Position numbers and translations under genes: made by a program. 64,000 nucleotides of DNA from Cellvibrionaceae bacterium (GTDB taxonomy: Bacteria; Pseudomonadota; Gammaproteobacteria; Pseudomonadales; Cellvibrionaceae): contig PANW01000024.1 of NCBI GenBank assembly GCA_002707785.1, positions 45,700 to 109,699 of the forward strand, read 5' to 3'. Each line of letters starts with the position of its first letter. The first letter of the stretch is position 1. This document shows positions 47,156-57,832 of the stretch, in pieces. The notes beneath the pieces are model-generated. The model ran no database searches and was not told where the DNA came from. It saw only the letters and a list, made by a program, of their open reading frames with translations.

Positions 47156-47171
47156 TGGCACACACTCTGCA
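47156..47171 (+). promoter_or_regulatory. Sigma54 promoter of the nitrate ABC operon
   Basis: TGGCACACACTCTGCA. NtrC-like sites upstream: TGGTGCA near 46990, TGCACC near 47043 and TGGTGC near 47097. Confidence 0.8.
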
Positions 47172-47227
47172 TTACTCTAGTTGCTAGTCTGAATCAGCAC
47201 TGGCAACTCACGAGAGTGATGCGGCTT

Positions 47228-47377
47228 CTGTCAACGGCGACAGTCGTTTCGCAGCTATTGGGAGTTTTAGGATCACAATAGATTAAGGTAGAGCATCGGC
47301 GTTTTACCTTCTCGAGCAAAGGCGCTCATTACCCTGTCGGCTATCAGGCTGGCAGGATAATGAGCGCCTTTTTTTTT
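47228..47377 (+). promoter_or_regulatory. ANTAR-responsive leader: three hexaloop hairpins plus an intrinsic terminator
   Basis: CTGTC-AACGGC-GACAG, AAGGTAGAGC-ATCGGC-GTTTTACCTT and GAGC-AAAGGC-GCTC. The last overlaps the 5' arm of terminator 47318-47377, which ends in T9. Confidence 0.85.
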
Positions 47378-47398
47378 GAATTTTTGAGGGGAAAGAAT

Positions 47399-48772
47399 AT
47401 GAAATGGCTGAAACCTTTTAAACGAGTTGCTCTAGCAACCCTAATTGGGACGGGCATGAGCGTCAGCTTTGCTCAGGCAGAGGAGTTGGGTTATCCCGAA
47501 AAAGAAGAGCTGAGATTTGGTTTTATTAAGCTCACCGATATGGCTCCTATTGCAGTTGCCTATGAAAACGGCTATTTCGAGGACGAAGGCTTATACGTCA
47601 CCATCGAAGCACAAGCGAACTGGAAAGTGCTACTTGATGGGGTCATCGATGGTCGTCTTGATGGTGCGCACATGCTCGCTGGACAGCCTATCGCTGCAAC
47701 CATGGGCTTTGGTACTGAGGCTCACATCATTACGCCTTTTTCCATGGATTTGAACGGTAACGGTATCACTGTTTCTAACGAAATCTGGGAGCAAATGAAG
47801 CCGAATATTCCTAAGATGGCTGATGGCCGCCCAGTTCACCCAATCAAGGCAGATGCTCTTAAACCTGTCGTTGAGAAGTACAAAGATGAAGGCAAGCCCT
47901 TCAATATGGGTATGGTGTTTCCAGTTTCTACCCACAACTATGAGTTGCGCTACTGGCTAGCGGCAGGTGGTATTCATCCTGGCTACTACGCTCCCCACAA
48001 AGGTGATACCTCAGGAAAAATCGACGCTGATGCACTCTTGTCCGTAACACCTCCACCGCAAATGCCTGCCACTTTGGAAGCTGGCACTATCTATGGCTAC
48101 TGCGTCGGTGAACCATGGAACCAGCAGGCTGTATTTAAAGGTATCGGAGTGCCAGTTGTAACCGACTACGAAATCTGGAAAGACAACCCAGAGAAAGTAT
48201 TCGGTATCACCGCGGAGTTTGCGGAAAAGTATCCCAACACCACTATCCGTTTGACTCGTGCTCTGATCCGCGCGGCGAAATGGTTGGATGAAAATGACAA
48301 CGCTAACCGTCCAGAAGCTGTGAAGATTTTGTCTCAGTCAAACTACGTAGGCGCTGACTACGAAGTGATCGCCAATAGTATGACCGGAACCTTCGAGTAC
48401 GAGAAAGGCGATAAGCGTGAAGTGCCAGATTTCAATGTGTTCTTCCGCTACAACGCTACCTATCCGTACTACTCCGATGCTATTTGGTACCTGACTCAAA
48501 TGCGTCGTTGGGGACAAATCTCTGAAGATAAGAGTGACGAGTGGTACAAAGAGCTTGCTGCCAAAGTTTATCGCCCTGATATCTATATGGCTGCAGCGAA
48601 CTCACTGATCGAAGAAGGTTTGGTCAGTGCGGATGAAGTGCCGGCGGCTGACGAAGATGGTTTCCGCGATCCACAAACGCATTTCATCGATGACATTGTC
48701 TACGACGGTACCAAGCCCAATGCGTACATCAACAAGTTCTCAATTGGTCTAAAAGCCGGTGACAAGCTTTAA
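47399..48772 (+). CDS. nrtA: Nitrate/nitrite ABC transporter substrate-binding protein (CmpA/NrtA)
   Basis: Signal peptide, [26 protein letters not shown] and CVGEPWN. Confidence 0.92.
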   Translation: MKWLKPFKRVALATLIGTGMSVSFAQAEELGYPEKEELRFGFIKLTDMAPIAVAYENGYFEDEGLYVTIEAQANWKVLLDGVIDGRLDGAHMLAGQPIAATMGFGTEAHIITPFSMDLNGNGITVSNEIWEQMKPNIPKMADGRPVHPIKADALKPVVEKYKDEGKPFNMGMVFPVSTHNYELRYWLAAGGIHPGYYAPHKGDTSGKIDADALLSVTPPPQMPATLEAGTIYGYCVGEPWNQQAVFKGIGVPVVTDYEIWKDNPEKVFGITAEFAEKYPNTTIRLTRALIRAAKWLDENDNANRPEAVKILSQSNYVGADYEVIANSMTGTFEYEKGDKREVPDFNVFFRYNATYPYYSDAIWYLTQMRRWGQISEDKSDEWYKELAAKVYRPDIYMAAANSLIEEGLVSADEVPAADEDGFRDPQTHFIDDIVYDGTKPNAYINKFSIGLKAGDKL

Positions 48773-48824
48773 GTTATTCGACTTTAAATACTTCAAGTAA
48801 GACGTAAGAAATAGGTAACAGATC

Positions 48825-49820
48825 ATGGCAACAGCTTCAATATTCAACAAAATCAGTGACAGCGCTATGCTGCCTGAAAGAGTAAAACTCATCATCAACG
48901 ATGTAACAAAATGGTTGGTTTTTCCTCTGCTGGGGATACTTGGATTTCTGTTGCTGTGGTCTGTTTCTGCACAGAATATCGATACTTCCCTGGGTAAGTT
49001 TCCAGGGCCTACAGCAGTTTTCCAACAGTTCGAATCACTTTATGACGAACATGTCAGTGAGCGCGCCAAAGAGGAAAAGTTCTATGAACGTCAAGAACTT
49101 CGTAATCAAAAGCGTTTGGAGAAAGATCCGAGCTATGTAGCAAAGACTAGATCTTACACGGGTAAGGAGACTTTTCTGGATCAAATCGTGACCAGTCTGG
49201 TCACCGTGATGAGTGGGTTTCTAGTAGCTGCTGCGATTGCTGTGCCATTGGGAATCGCGGTGGGATTAAGTAAGTCTCTCAATGCGGCGGTAAATCCCAT
49301 TGTTCAGATCTTTAAGCCGGTATCGCCTTTAGCGTGGTTGCCACTGGTGACGATGGTGGTGAGTGCGTTATATGTTTCGCCCGATCCGATGGTATCAAAG
49401 TCTTTCCTTAACTCGATGATTACCGTGACGCTATGTTGCTTGTGGCCAATGGTGATCAACACATCAGTTGGGGTAGCGTCGATTGACAGCGATCTGGTTA
49501 ATGTGAGTAAAGTATTGCGACTACCTGCATTGACCCATGTGAGAAAAATTGTACTACCGGCATCGATCCCGATGATTTTTACTGGCATGCGTTTGTCTCT
49601 TGGGGTGGCGTGGATGGTGTTGATTGCTGCAGAAATGCTGGCGCAAAATCCAGGTCTTGGTAAGTTCGTCTGGGATGAGTTCCAAAACGGTAGCTCAAAT
49701 TCACTGGCTCGAATTATGGCGGCGGTGATAGTGATTGGCGCGATTGGATTTTTATTGGATCGAATGATGCTACAGATTCAGCGCTACGTCTCTTGGGACA
49801 AAGCCAGTGCAGATCGCTAA
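48825..49820 (+). CDS. nrtB: Nitrate ABC transporter permease
   Basis: KPVSPLAWLP, IAAEML and VWDEFQNG. Confidence 0.9.
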   Translation: MATASIFNKISDSAMLPERVKLIINDVTKWLVFPLLGILGFLLLWSVSAQNIDTSLGKFPGPTAVFQQFESLYDEHVSERAKEEKFYERQELRNQKRLEKDPSYVAKTRSYTGKETFLDQIVTSLVTVMSGFLVAAAIAVPLGIAVGLSKSLNAAVNPIVQIFKPVSPLAWLPLVTMVVSALYVSPDPMVSKSFLNSMITVTLCCLWPMVINTSVGVASIDSDLVNVSKVLRLPALTHVRKIVLPASIPMIFTGMRLSLGVAWMVLIAAEMLAQNPGLGKFVWDEFQNGSSNSLARIMAAVIVIGAIGFLLDRMMLQIQRYVSWDKASADR

Positions 49821-49889
49821 GCGCTGGTAATCGTTGAAAAAACCAACATTGTCGACAGTAATGAGAACAGAATTGTTAGGAGAATTAAA

Positions 49890-50729
49890 ATGAGTGTACT
49901 GCTGGATATCAGTCATATCGATATGGTGTTTCCAACCCCGAAGGGACCTTTTACTGCTCTAAGTGACGTCAGTTTAAAGATCAATAAAGGTGAATTTGTT
50001 TCGCTGATCGGTCACTCCGGTTGTGGCAAGTCCACTGTGTTGAACGTTGTCGCAGGGCTCTATCAGGCCAGCAGTGGTGGTGTTCTACTCAATGGCAAGG
50101 AAGTGAATGAACCTGGTCCTGAACGTGCGGTGGTTTTTCAGAATCATTCTTTACTACCGTGGTTGAGTGCCTATCAAAATGTCGAGTTGGCGGTCGATCA
50201 AGTTTTCGGTAAAGACAAAACCAAGGCCGAAAAGAAAGACTGGATCGAACACAATCTTCAGTTAGTGCATATGGATCACGCCATGCACAAACTTCCGGGG
50301 GAAATTTCCGGTGGTATGAAGCAGCGTGTGGGTATTGCACGGGCGCTGGCGATGCAGCCAGAAGTTTTACTGATGGACGAGCCGTTTGGTGCGTTAGATG
50401 CCTTGACCAGAGCTCACATGCAAGATTCACTCATGGAAATCCAAGCGGAGCTCAACAATACTGTGATCATGATTACTCACGATGTTGATGAAGCGGTGTT
50501 GTTATCGGATCGAATCGTGATGATGACCAATGGCCCATCGGCTACCGTGGGTGAGATTTTGGACGTCAATCTTGAGCGCCCGCGTGACCGTTTGGCGCTG
50601 GCAGAAGACAGTGAATATACGCGTCTTCGATCAGAAGTTCTGAAATTCTTGTATGAAAAACAACGCAAAGTTGAGCCCATTACCAAGGGCTCAGAAACCC
50701 GAAATAAAAAGAAGACTGAGGCGGCTTAG
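49890..50729 (+). CDS. Nitrate ABC transporter ATP-binding protein (NrtC/D)
   Basis: GHSGCGKS, ISGGMKQR, DEPFGALD and MMTNGP. Confidence 0.92.
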   Translation: MSVLLDISHIDMVFPTPKGPFTALSDVSLKINKGEFVSLIGHSGCGKSTVLNVVAGLYQASSGGVLLNGKEVNEPGPERAVVFQNHSLLPWLSAYQNVELAVDQVFGKDKTKAEKKDWIEHNLQLVHMDHAMHKLPGEISGGMKQRVGIARALAMQPEVLLMDEPFGALDALTRAHMQDSLMEIQAELNNTVIMITHDVDEAVLLSDRIVMMTNGPSATVGEILDVNLERPRDRLALAEDSEYTRLRSEVLKFLYEKQRKVEPITKGSETRNKKKTEAA

Positions 50730-50786
50730 TCATCGGTCTCATTTGTAGAACTCATTAATTATTCTAGCAATCCTTAGGAGAAAACC

Positions 50787-51959
50787 ATGAATCACATTAA
50801 GAAAAGTGCACTATCATTGGCCGTTGCCATGGCCGCCGTGTCAGCACCTTCGATGTCTGCTGAAACCATTACCGAAGCTCTGAAAGAGGGTGATGTTAGT
50901 CTCAGCTTTCGTATGCGTTATGAAGAGGTGGATGTGGATGGCAACGATGTGGATTTAACGTCGCTTAAGACTCGATTGACGTATAAGTCCGCTGATTATA
51001 AGGGTTTCGGTGGTTTAATCGAAATGGATGATGTTACCCACATCAGTGATTTTGAGGGTGGCGTCGGTGACCCTGAAGGCACTGAAGTGAATCAGGCGTA
51101 TCTTGCGTACACATTCTCCGATACGACCGTTAAATACGGGCGTCAGAGAATCTTGTTGGACAATCAGCGTTTCGTGGGTGGTGTCGGCTTCCGCCAGAAC
51201 GAGCAGACTTATGACGGACTTACCGTTGTTAACAAGAGCTTGCCAGACACGACTCTTTTCGCGGCCCACATTGATAATGTCAATCGTATCTTTGGTGAAG
51301 ATGATCCGCGTGGCGATCACGAAAATGACACCTATTTGTTCAACGCTAAGTACACCGGTTTCAAAGCTGGCGCACTGACCGCTTACGCTTATCTAATCGA
51401 CAATGAAGACGCCGCGGCCTTCTCAACCGATACTTATGGTATTCGTTTCGCTGGTAAAACCGGTGATTTCGGTTATGCGCTAGAGTACGCTACTCAGTCT
51501 GACGCCGAGGATAACCCCAACAGCTACGACGCCGACTATATTCTGGCTGAGGGTTCTTACAAAATTGCTGATGTAACTCTTAAAGCCGGTTATGAGGTGC
51601 TTGGTGCCGATGATGCAGATGGACAGTTCATTACCCCTCTGGCAACTCTGCACAATTTCCAAGGTTGGAACGATCAGTTCTTAGGTGGTGGTACCGGTAA
51701 CATCACTGGCGGTATTGAAGATATGTACGTCTCTGCCTCTACCAAGTTGGCCGGTGTAAAACTTTCTGTGGTGTACCACAGTCTTGAATCAGACGATTCA
51801 GATGCTTCCGGTAAGGACGATCTTGGATCCGAGCTAGGATTTGTGGTTGCCAAGAAATTCGGCCCTGTTGGTTTGAGTCTTAAGTACTCGGATTACTCAG
51901 CGGATGATCACGGTTCTGATACCGACAAACTCTGGTTGACTGCTAGCGCTAGCTTCTAA
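50787..51959 (+). CDS. Alginate-export-family outer membrane porin (probable nitrate porin)
   Basis: Signal peptide, GRQRILLDNQRFVGGVGFRQNEQTYD, TPLATLH and a C-terminal Phe. Confidence 0.82.
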   Translation: MNHIKKSALSLAVAMAAVSAPSMSAETITEALKEGDVSLSFRMRYEEVDVDGNDVDLTSLKTRLTYKSADYKGFGGLIEMDDVTHISDFEGGVGDPEGTEVNQAYLAYTFSDTTVKYGRQRILLDNQRFVGGVGFRQNEQTYDGLTVVNKSLPDTTLFAAHIDNVNRIFGEDDPRGDHENDTYLFNAKYTGFKAGALTAYAYLIDNEDAAAFSTDTYGIRFAGKTGDFGYALEYATQSDAEDNPNSYDADYILAEGSYKIADVTLKAGYEVLGADDADGQFITPLATLHNFQGWNDQFLGGGTGNITGGIEDMYVSASTKLAGVKLSVVYHSLESDDSDASGKDDLGSELGFVVAKKFGPVGLSLKYSDYSADDHGSDTDKLWLTASASF

Positions 51960-51986
51960 TATTGAAGTGATAGGAAACGCTCTCTT

Positions 51987-52011
51987 AGCCCCTATTTATA
52001 GGGGCTTTTTT
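51987..52011 (+). terminator. Intrinsic terminator of the nrt operon
   Basis: AGCCCCTAT/ATAGGGGCT followed by a T run. Confidence 0.85.
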
Positions 52012-52094
52012 ATGCGCGAGTGTTATTGCTACAGGACAGATAAGGTTCGTATACGTTTTTCAGGAAGGGGAGTGGTTGTGAGTGGCGGGTACTT

Positions 52095-53009
52095 TCACGA
52101 TTCTAGTCCTTGCGTTGAAATGATTTCACGCTCTTCATCCAATGAAAACAGATAGTCTACCTGTTGAGGCAGTATTGCTAGATTGTGTTCGGTGATGCGC
52201 TGGTAGTGTTGAATAAAACGGGCGATCTCCGCGTCAGACATAAGGCCGCTGCCTTGATGATGATTTTTCGCTTTCAGTTTTTCCTCTTGTTCCTGGCGCC
52301 AGCGAAATACGCAGTCGAAGGAAGGGGCTTTGAGCATGATGCTGCAATCAAAACTCTGAAACAAATCTCGATAATCTAGCTGCAGTTGCGTGTTGACATA
52401 GTGCCGCCAATTACCCTCGCTGTCTTCTTGGGCTTCTAATTCATTGATGGGCTCGATTAAATCTTGCATCGCCTGAGCTTGAGCATTTACGCACCAACCT
52501 TCCAAAATAATAATATCCACAGGCGCATCAATGACGGGCCACTCTGCTTGCGTCATTCGATCGTCTTTAGCTTTATCAAATCTGGGGATGGCGACATTGG
52601 TGTTGGCTTCAGCGAGTTTTCGCAGGGTATCCTCTGCTAACCGTAGATCGTGAGTACCCGGCACCCCTCGCGTTAGCAGCAATGGATGAATATCCCTCGC
52701 CAGAGTTTCGCGCTCATGACGGGTGAGGTAGAAGTCGTCGATGGATATTGCCACAGCGCTCAGTTGATGCTGGCGAGCTAACAGCATCACCAGCGCATCC
52801 CCTAGAGTTGTCTTGCCCGATCCTTGACTGCCATTGATCAACACCTTCAGTGGTGTACTTTGTTGTCCGGCTCGCCTCGCCAAGGCTGCGGCCAGAGGGG
52901 TGAAATAGCGGTTGAGGTTCTCGGCATAATCGGCAGGAAGGCGGTGTTGCTGCAAAAACGCATTGAAATCAGTGTTCATCACCGTGCCTGATGATTGTGC
53001 GTTTGTCAT
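52095..53009 (-). CDS. Plant/GLYK-type D-glycerate 3-kinase-like P-loop kinase
   Basis: GSQGSGKTT, SIDDFYL, TRGVPGTHD, PRFDK, EGWC and WRQEQE. Confidence 0.8.
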   Translation of the reverse strand: MTNAQSSGTVMNTDFNAFLQQHRLPADYAENLNRYFTPLAAALARRAGQQSTPLKVLINGSQGSGKTTLGDALVMLLARQHQLSAVAISIDDFYLTRHERETLARDIHPLLLTRGVPGTHDLRLAEDTLRKLAEANTNVAIPRFDKAKDDRMTQAEWPVIDAPVDIIILEGWCVNAQAQAMQDLIEPINELEAQEDSEGNWRHYVNTQLQLDYRDLFQSFDCSIMLKAPSFDCVFRWRQEQEEKLKAKNHHQGSGLMSDAEIARFIQHYQRITEHNLAILPQQVDYLFSLDEEREIISTQGLES

Positions 53010-53362
53010 ATTTGAGCTCCAGAAAGGGGTGGATATCTACCCCTTGATTGCGGGGACAGGCTGGTGAGCAGAGGGCGGTTGGAGTGCTGGGCCGCATACT
53101 GCTGAAGTTTAGAGCAAATGATGCAGATTTTATGCCTCTCTGAAAAGGAGGGGTATGACGTTTGGCTCGTCTTATTAGTCTGCTCCACTGGGTGGCGTTG
53201 GGACTTATCCTGAGATCGCTACCCAACACTGTCTGTCAGGCTTGTGAGCTTGGCAGTTAGGTAGGTAGCGAGATAGACAGTATAGCCATGAAATAACACC
53301 GGTGATGCTGTTGCTGCATCAGCGCTTTTGATAGGCTGGGTTGAAAACAATGATGACACCTG

Positions 53363-54865
53363 TTGGGGGATCTTTTGAGCGATAGCGAGAATCTAGAGAG
53401 TAATGGGGCGAGACTCCCTGAAACTGAGATTGTGTTGGGTAATCACCCTGAAGTCCCCTTAATAGTCGCTAGTGTTCCGCTACTGCTGTTGGTTGCTTTA
53501 CTGAGTCTCAATGTGTTCATTTTTGGCGACGATGCGGTGAGTGGCTCCAATCAGGTGATCTTGATGCTCAGCGCCGCGATTACCACGGCCATTGCCTCCT
53601 TCTATCACGTCAGTTGGAAAGAGGTCGAATCGGGCATTACTCAAAGTCTCAAGATTGCCATACCGGCCATGTTGATCTTGCTCATGGTAGGGGCCCTATC
53701 GGGCACTTGGTTGCTGTCAGGCATCATTCCAACGATGATTTACTACGGCCTGCACGTTATGGATGCCAGTTGGTTTTTGGCGTCTTCCGTGATCATCAGC
53801 GCCATCGTTGCTATTTTTACGGGCAGCTCCTGGACAACCTCGGCCACCATTGGTATCGCCTTAATGGGAATTGGCCAAGTGCTGGGTATTTCGCCGGGAC
53901 TGGTGGCTGGTGCGGTTATTTCAGGCGCTTACTTTGGCGATAAGATGTCGCCGCTCTCCGACACCACCAATCTAGCGGCAGCGACCACCGGTACCGAACT
54001 GTTTACTCACATACGCTACATGATGGTGACCACGATTCCATCGGTTTTGATCGCTTTAGCGTTATTCACCTTCTTGGGTTTTAGCGCGGCCGACACCGAC
54101 TCTCTCGGTGCTGAAGCTATTGCGGCAACTTTGGACTCCAATATTAATATTACCCCGTGGCTGTTATTGGTGCCTTTGGCGGTATTGATCATGATTGTGC
54201 GCAAAGTTCCCGCCTTGCCAGCAATATTCGTGGGCGTAGTTCTAGGTGCTCTGTTTGCGGTGGTGTTTCAAGCCGAGCAGGTGAGCCGTATTGGTGGCGA
54301 GGGTGATTTCGCCCTCTACAAAGGCATTATGATGGCCTGCTTTGGTGATATTGCCATTGTTACCGGTGACGACATGCTCGATGAGTTGCTCACCGCAGGC
54401 GGTATATCGGGCATGCTGGGAACCATCTGGCTGATTATTTCCGCCATGATGTTTGGCGGCGCTATGGAGGCCTCAGGTTTCTTGCAACGCATTACTACAG
54501 CCTTGATGCACAAAGCGAAATCCACTGTTGGCTTGATCGGTACGACAGCAGGTACTTGTATGTTCAGTAACGCGACCACCTCCGATCAATATTTGGCCAT
54601 CGTAGTGCCCGGTAGAATGTTTGCCGATACTTATAAAGAGCGTGGTTTGGAGTCTCAAAACTTGAGCCGCACGCTGGAGGATACCGGTACGGTGACGTCG
54701 GTGTTGGTCCCTTGGAATACCTGTGGCGCTTATCACGCGTCGGTGCTGGGTGTGGCGACGATGAGTTACGCACCCTTTGCATTTTTCTGCTTAATCAGCC
54801 CCTTCATGACCATGCTGATGGCGGCAACGCAATACAAGATGGCCAAACAAGAAAGTCATCAGTAA
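53363..54865 (+). CDS. nhaC: NhaC family antiporter
   Basis: GSSWTT, SGAYFGDKMSPLSDTTN and LSRTLED..LVPWN. Confidence 0.9.
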   Translation: MGDLLSDSENLESNGARLPETEIVLGNHPEVPLIVASVPLLLLVALLSLNVFIFGDDAVSGSNQVILMLSAAITTAIASFYHVSWKEVESGITQSLKIAIPAMLILLMVGALSGTWLLSGIIPTMIYYGLHVMDASWFLASSVIISAIVAIFTGSSWTTSATIGIALMGIGQVLGISPGLVAGAVISGAYFGDKMSPLSDTTNLAAATTGTELFTHIRYMMVTTIPSVLIALALFTFLGFSAADTDSLGAEAIAATLDSNINITPWLLLVPLAVLIMIVRKVPALPAIFVGVVLGALFAVVFQAEQVSRIGGEGDFALYKGIMMACFGDIAIVTGDDMLDELLTAGGISGMLGTIWLIISAMMFGGAMEASGFLQRITTALMHKAKSTVGLIGTTAGTCMFSNATTSDQYLAIVVPGRMFADTYKERGLESQNLSRTLEDTGTVTSVLVPWNTCGAYHASVLGVATMSYAPFAFFCLISPFMTMLMAATQYKMAKQESHQ

Positions 54866-54911
54866 CGGTTTACAATTGGGTGTTGTGCCGCAGGCAACAC
54901 CCAATCAATAC

Positions 54912-54970
<59 letters not shown>

Positions 54971-54980
54971 TGCAACTGCC

Positions 54981-55541
54981 CTAATCGATCAAATGAACTT
55001 CTTCAAATCGTCGCACAGCACCGTAAATCGATATCAACGCCCACGCGATTTCAAGCCCGAACACTGGCCAGTTTGCGTCTAACCACAATTGCGGTAGCAG
55101 CGCGATGGCGGCAAAGGCGTTCCAACACAAATAGAATCGCGGCAACATTTTTTCCTGGCTAAACAGCAGATAACAACCAGAAAACACCACCGCCGATACC
55201 CAGCCAAGCAATGCTAGGTTGGCTTGTTGCTCTATCACTAAGCCTCCGGCGAAGAGCATCAGCATGCCGCCAACAATGATGTAAAACAGCTTGGGGCTAA
55301 ACTTGAGCGCGTTCAGATTGGCGTTCATCAGCAGCGCAGCGCTGATCACCAGCCAGAAACCGTTGATAACCACAGCCTGCCAAGATTGGCTGTAAAACGA
55401 GCTGAGAACCAAACACCCAGCGGCGATAGCATTGCCGCCGTAATAGATGCCTTTCTTCCAGTTTTTATTCAGCGATATGTAACCGTGATTGGCTAGATAG
55501 AGCAAGGTACCCAACCAGCCGATAGCAGTAATCAGAGTCAT
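54981..55541 (-). CDS. Internally duplicated CBU_0592-like membrane protein (about 7 TM)
   Basis: Two repeats: GWLGTLLY..YYGGNAIAA..INGFW and GWVSAVVF..YLCWNAFAA..LEIAW. Confidence 0.65.
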   Translation of the reverse strand: MTLITAIGWLGTLLYLANHGYISLNKNWKKGIYYGGNAIAAGCLVLSSFYSQSWQAVVINGFWLVISAALLMNANLNALKFSPKLFYIIVGGMLMLFAGGLVIEQQANLALLGWVSAVVFSGCYLLFSQEKMLPRFYLCWNAFAAIALLPQLWLDANWPVFGLEIAWALISIYGAVRRFEEVHLID

Positions 55542-56587
55542 AACAATTCAATATGCATATTGCGAACAAACAGTTCTTTGCCTACGTGAGGGCCGTTGAG
55601 AATAACCACCTTGCTGAGATCCATCATGTTTTTGTAGATGCGATCGGTATTGGAAGGTGACAGCATCTTTTCACTCCACTGAATAATCAGCGCTTGGGTG
55701 CCCTGCGGCAGGGTAAAGTACTGGATGTCATCACCGGAAGCGTGAGATTGTCCCATGATCAATGGGTAGCCTTCCGACGTCATCAATCTCGCAACGTCCA
55801 CCGGTGACGGAGTGGTGGTGGCTGTACTCTTCAAACTCTCCATTCCTTGGGCGTCAAGCGTCGCCAGAGCGTTATTGATGACTTGGATGAGTGTTCTACC
55901 GGCATCGTTGTTGGCGCCAATCACATGTAGGCTAGAGGTGTCGGCGATGCTGTTAACCGCGACGACTAGCTGCTTTCGCAGTGGAAAATTATGGTTCAGT
56001 TGATGCTCCATCACCCCTTCAGTCATGGGCAGAAGATCAATGTCGTGATTGAGTAGGGCGGTTAGTGCTTGTTCTTCGCTGGCGTAGACCTTGGCCGCTT
56101 CAACTTCTTCATCGATAGCGCTGCCATAGCTGTAGCCTGCCACCTTGCCCATTCGGATTTTTTCTCGATAGGCATGTTCGGCCTGCTGCTGATTGAGAAA
56201 CTGACGGTTGTAGTAAATACGGCTGGTCACCGAAAATACCGGATCAGAGAAAATGACAGAGCCTTCCCGCTCTTGAGTCTTAAAGTACGGAAACGCGAGC
56301 AGTGTTTGTTGAGTCTTAACGCGATGAAAGGAGATCTCGTACGGCAGGTAGTGCCAGCTCGGTGTCAGTTGGTCCTTATCCAGCAGAATGTTGATCAGTT
56401 TTGCCGCGCTGCCGACAGTCTCTTGTTCGGCATTGATATAGGGTGGCCAGACATCGGTTAGAATGCGGGTTTCTGACCAAGCGGCTGAGGCGAGCCAAGA
56501 GCATGACAGCAGGCAAACCATCAAGCAGCGCTGGATGGTGCTATGAGTTTTCGTACTCGTCGATAAGGGCATGTTAAAAGTTCTCAT
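55538..56587 (-). CDS. Periplasmic solute-binding protein (family 3-like) with a C-terminal extension
   Basis: Signal peptide, WPPY, FPYFKTQERE, FSDP, GYSYG and L..HDIDL. Confidence 0.75.
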   Translation of the reverse strand: MRTFNMPLSTSTKTHSTIQRCLMVCLLSCSWLASAAWSETRILTDVWPPYINAEQETVGSAAKLINILLDKDQLTPSWHYLPYEISFHRVKTQQTLLAFPYFKTQEREGSVIFSDPVFSVTSRIYYNRQFLNQQQAEHAYREKIRMGKVAGYSYGSAIDEEVEAAKVYASEEQALTALLNHDIDLLPMTEGVMEHQLNHNFPLRKQLVVAVNSIADTSSLHVIGANNDAGRTLIQVINNALATLDAQGMESLKSTATTTPSPVDVARLMTSEGYPLIMGQSHASGDDIQYFTLPQGTQALIIQWSEKMLSPSNTDRIYKNMMDLSKVVILNGPHVGKELFVRNMHIELL

Positions 56588-56599
56588 AGAGCGGATCAG

Positions 56600-57832
56600 T
56601 TATCTGGATTTAATGATCTTGTAGATGAACACCAGCAACAGCGTGAGGAAGAAGCCAGAGCCAAACATAACGTCGGTATCAATCTCGGCAATAAACTGCA
56701 GCATGAATGAGCGGGTATCGTCATTGAAGTCGAGAGTTGGCCGCGACATCATTTCTCGGCTGAGTTCGGTCAAATACAACGACAGTTCAAATACCGTGAA
56801 AAAGCTCAAAGCCACTAACAACAGATCGGTTAGCAGCGCACTCTTTTCACGCTTAATATTCTCCGTTTCGTCAATCTTGCTGGAACAGACTTCAATCATT
56901 CGGTGACCATTCTCGGTCAGTTGATCATAGTTCCAGCACAGTAAAATCTCTTCCAAAAGACGGCGTTTAGTGCGCGTCAGGTATTTTAAGTGTTCGTGAT
57001 AGTCCACTTGATGCAATCTGGATTTTACTCGGCTGCGGCTGAGCAGTTTTTGTGCCGCTTCATTCTTGGTCGAGTTATAGGCATCATCAATGGCTTGCTT
57101 GAGTTGCTTATTGCAATGTTCCTGCGCGGAATAGTAATACTGAGCCAGCACCATGGCATCGATACGTTCGTCTTGTTCGCCTGACGCATCGATGACTACA
57201 TAGTTTAGCCATGTCATTGAATAGTCTGTCGTTCCGTTAATGATGTCTTCAGCATCTTGCGGGCGATAGGTGTGCTCTAACCACTCTCGAATCAATGGTT
57301 GGTGTTGGGCTTTGAGGGATTTTCTATCGAACAGCAATGTTCGTGAAATCCAGAATATTTCGGGGTTTAAAGGATCTAGGGTATCACTGCCGAGCTTAAA
57401 GTAGCCGGTCTTGGAGAAGTGGGTAACCTCTCGCAACGATTGCAGAAACTCTGCATAAACCCGTGTGATCTTCTCCGTGGCTTCTTTCTGGACCTGAGCT
57501 TCTACAGCCGCCGCTTTCGATGAAGCGTTATCCACCACTTTGTGATCGATCGCGACAATACCAATGTTGTTGGGAAATACATGGATGGTGATATCATTCG
57601 CCGAATCGCTACTGCGCCAACAGAACAACTGGTTTTCCCAGCTATCGCTTTCAATGGTTTCGTATTCCGCGCTCTGTGACAGTGAGCTGGGCACGATGTT
57701 TTGTGGAAAGGCGTGTTGTAGCTGCAGTCGGAACTCTTGGTATTCTTTCGAACTTCTATTGCTACCTGTTTTGAGTTCAATCGGGATGTAGATCGGCGAT
57801 AGTGTGCGAACTCTAATGCTCGGTTGCTCCAT
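56600..57832 (-). CDS. Hypothetical protein with a soluble domain, long helix and two C-terminal TMs (CorA-like architecture)
   Basis: 410-aa ORF; TMs LLTDLLLVALSFFTVF and VMFGSGFFLTLLLVFIY; no GMN motif. Confidence 0.6.
   Translation of the reverse strand: MEQPSIRVRTLSPIYIPIELKTGSNRSSKEYQEFRLQLQHAFPQNIVPSSLSQSAEYETIESDSWENQLFCWRSSDSANDITIHVFPNNIGIVAIDHKVVDNASSKAAAVEAQVQKEATEKITRVYAEFLQSLREVTHFSKTGYFKLGSDTLDPLNPEIFWISRTLLFDRKSLKAQHQPLIREWLEHTYRPQDAEDIINGTTDYSMTWLNYVVIDASGEQDERIDAMVLAQYYYSAQEHCNKQLKQAIDDAYNSTKNEAAQKLLSRSRVKSRLHQVDYHEHLKYLTRTKRRLLEEILLCWNYDQLTENGHRMIEVCSSKIDETENIKREKSALLTDLLLVALSFFTVFELSLYLTELSREMMSRPTLDFNDDTRSFMLQFIAEIDTDVMFGSGFFLTLLLVFIYKIIKSR

Noticed and set aside
47360-47398. 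Upstream ATG for nrtA in the ORF track
   Set aside because: It lies inside the terminator arm. ATG at 47399 has an RBS and starts the signal peptide.
53010-53362. Possible lysine riboswitch upstream of nhaC (hairpin TGGGTGGCG/CGCTACCCA)
   Set aside because: I could not find the conserved L-box elements in the right order; only an isolated hairpin.
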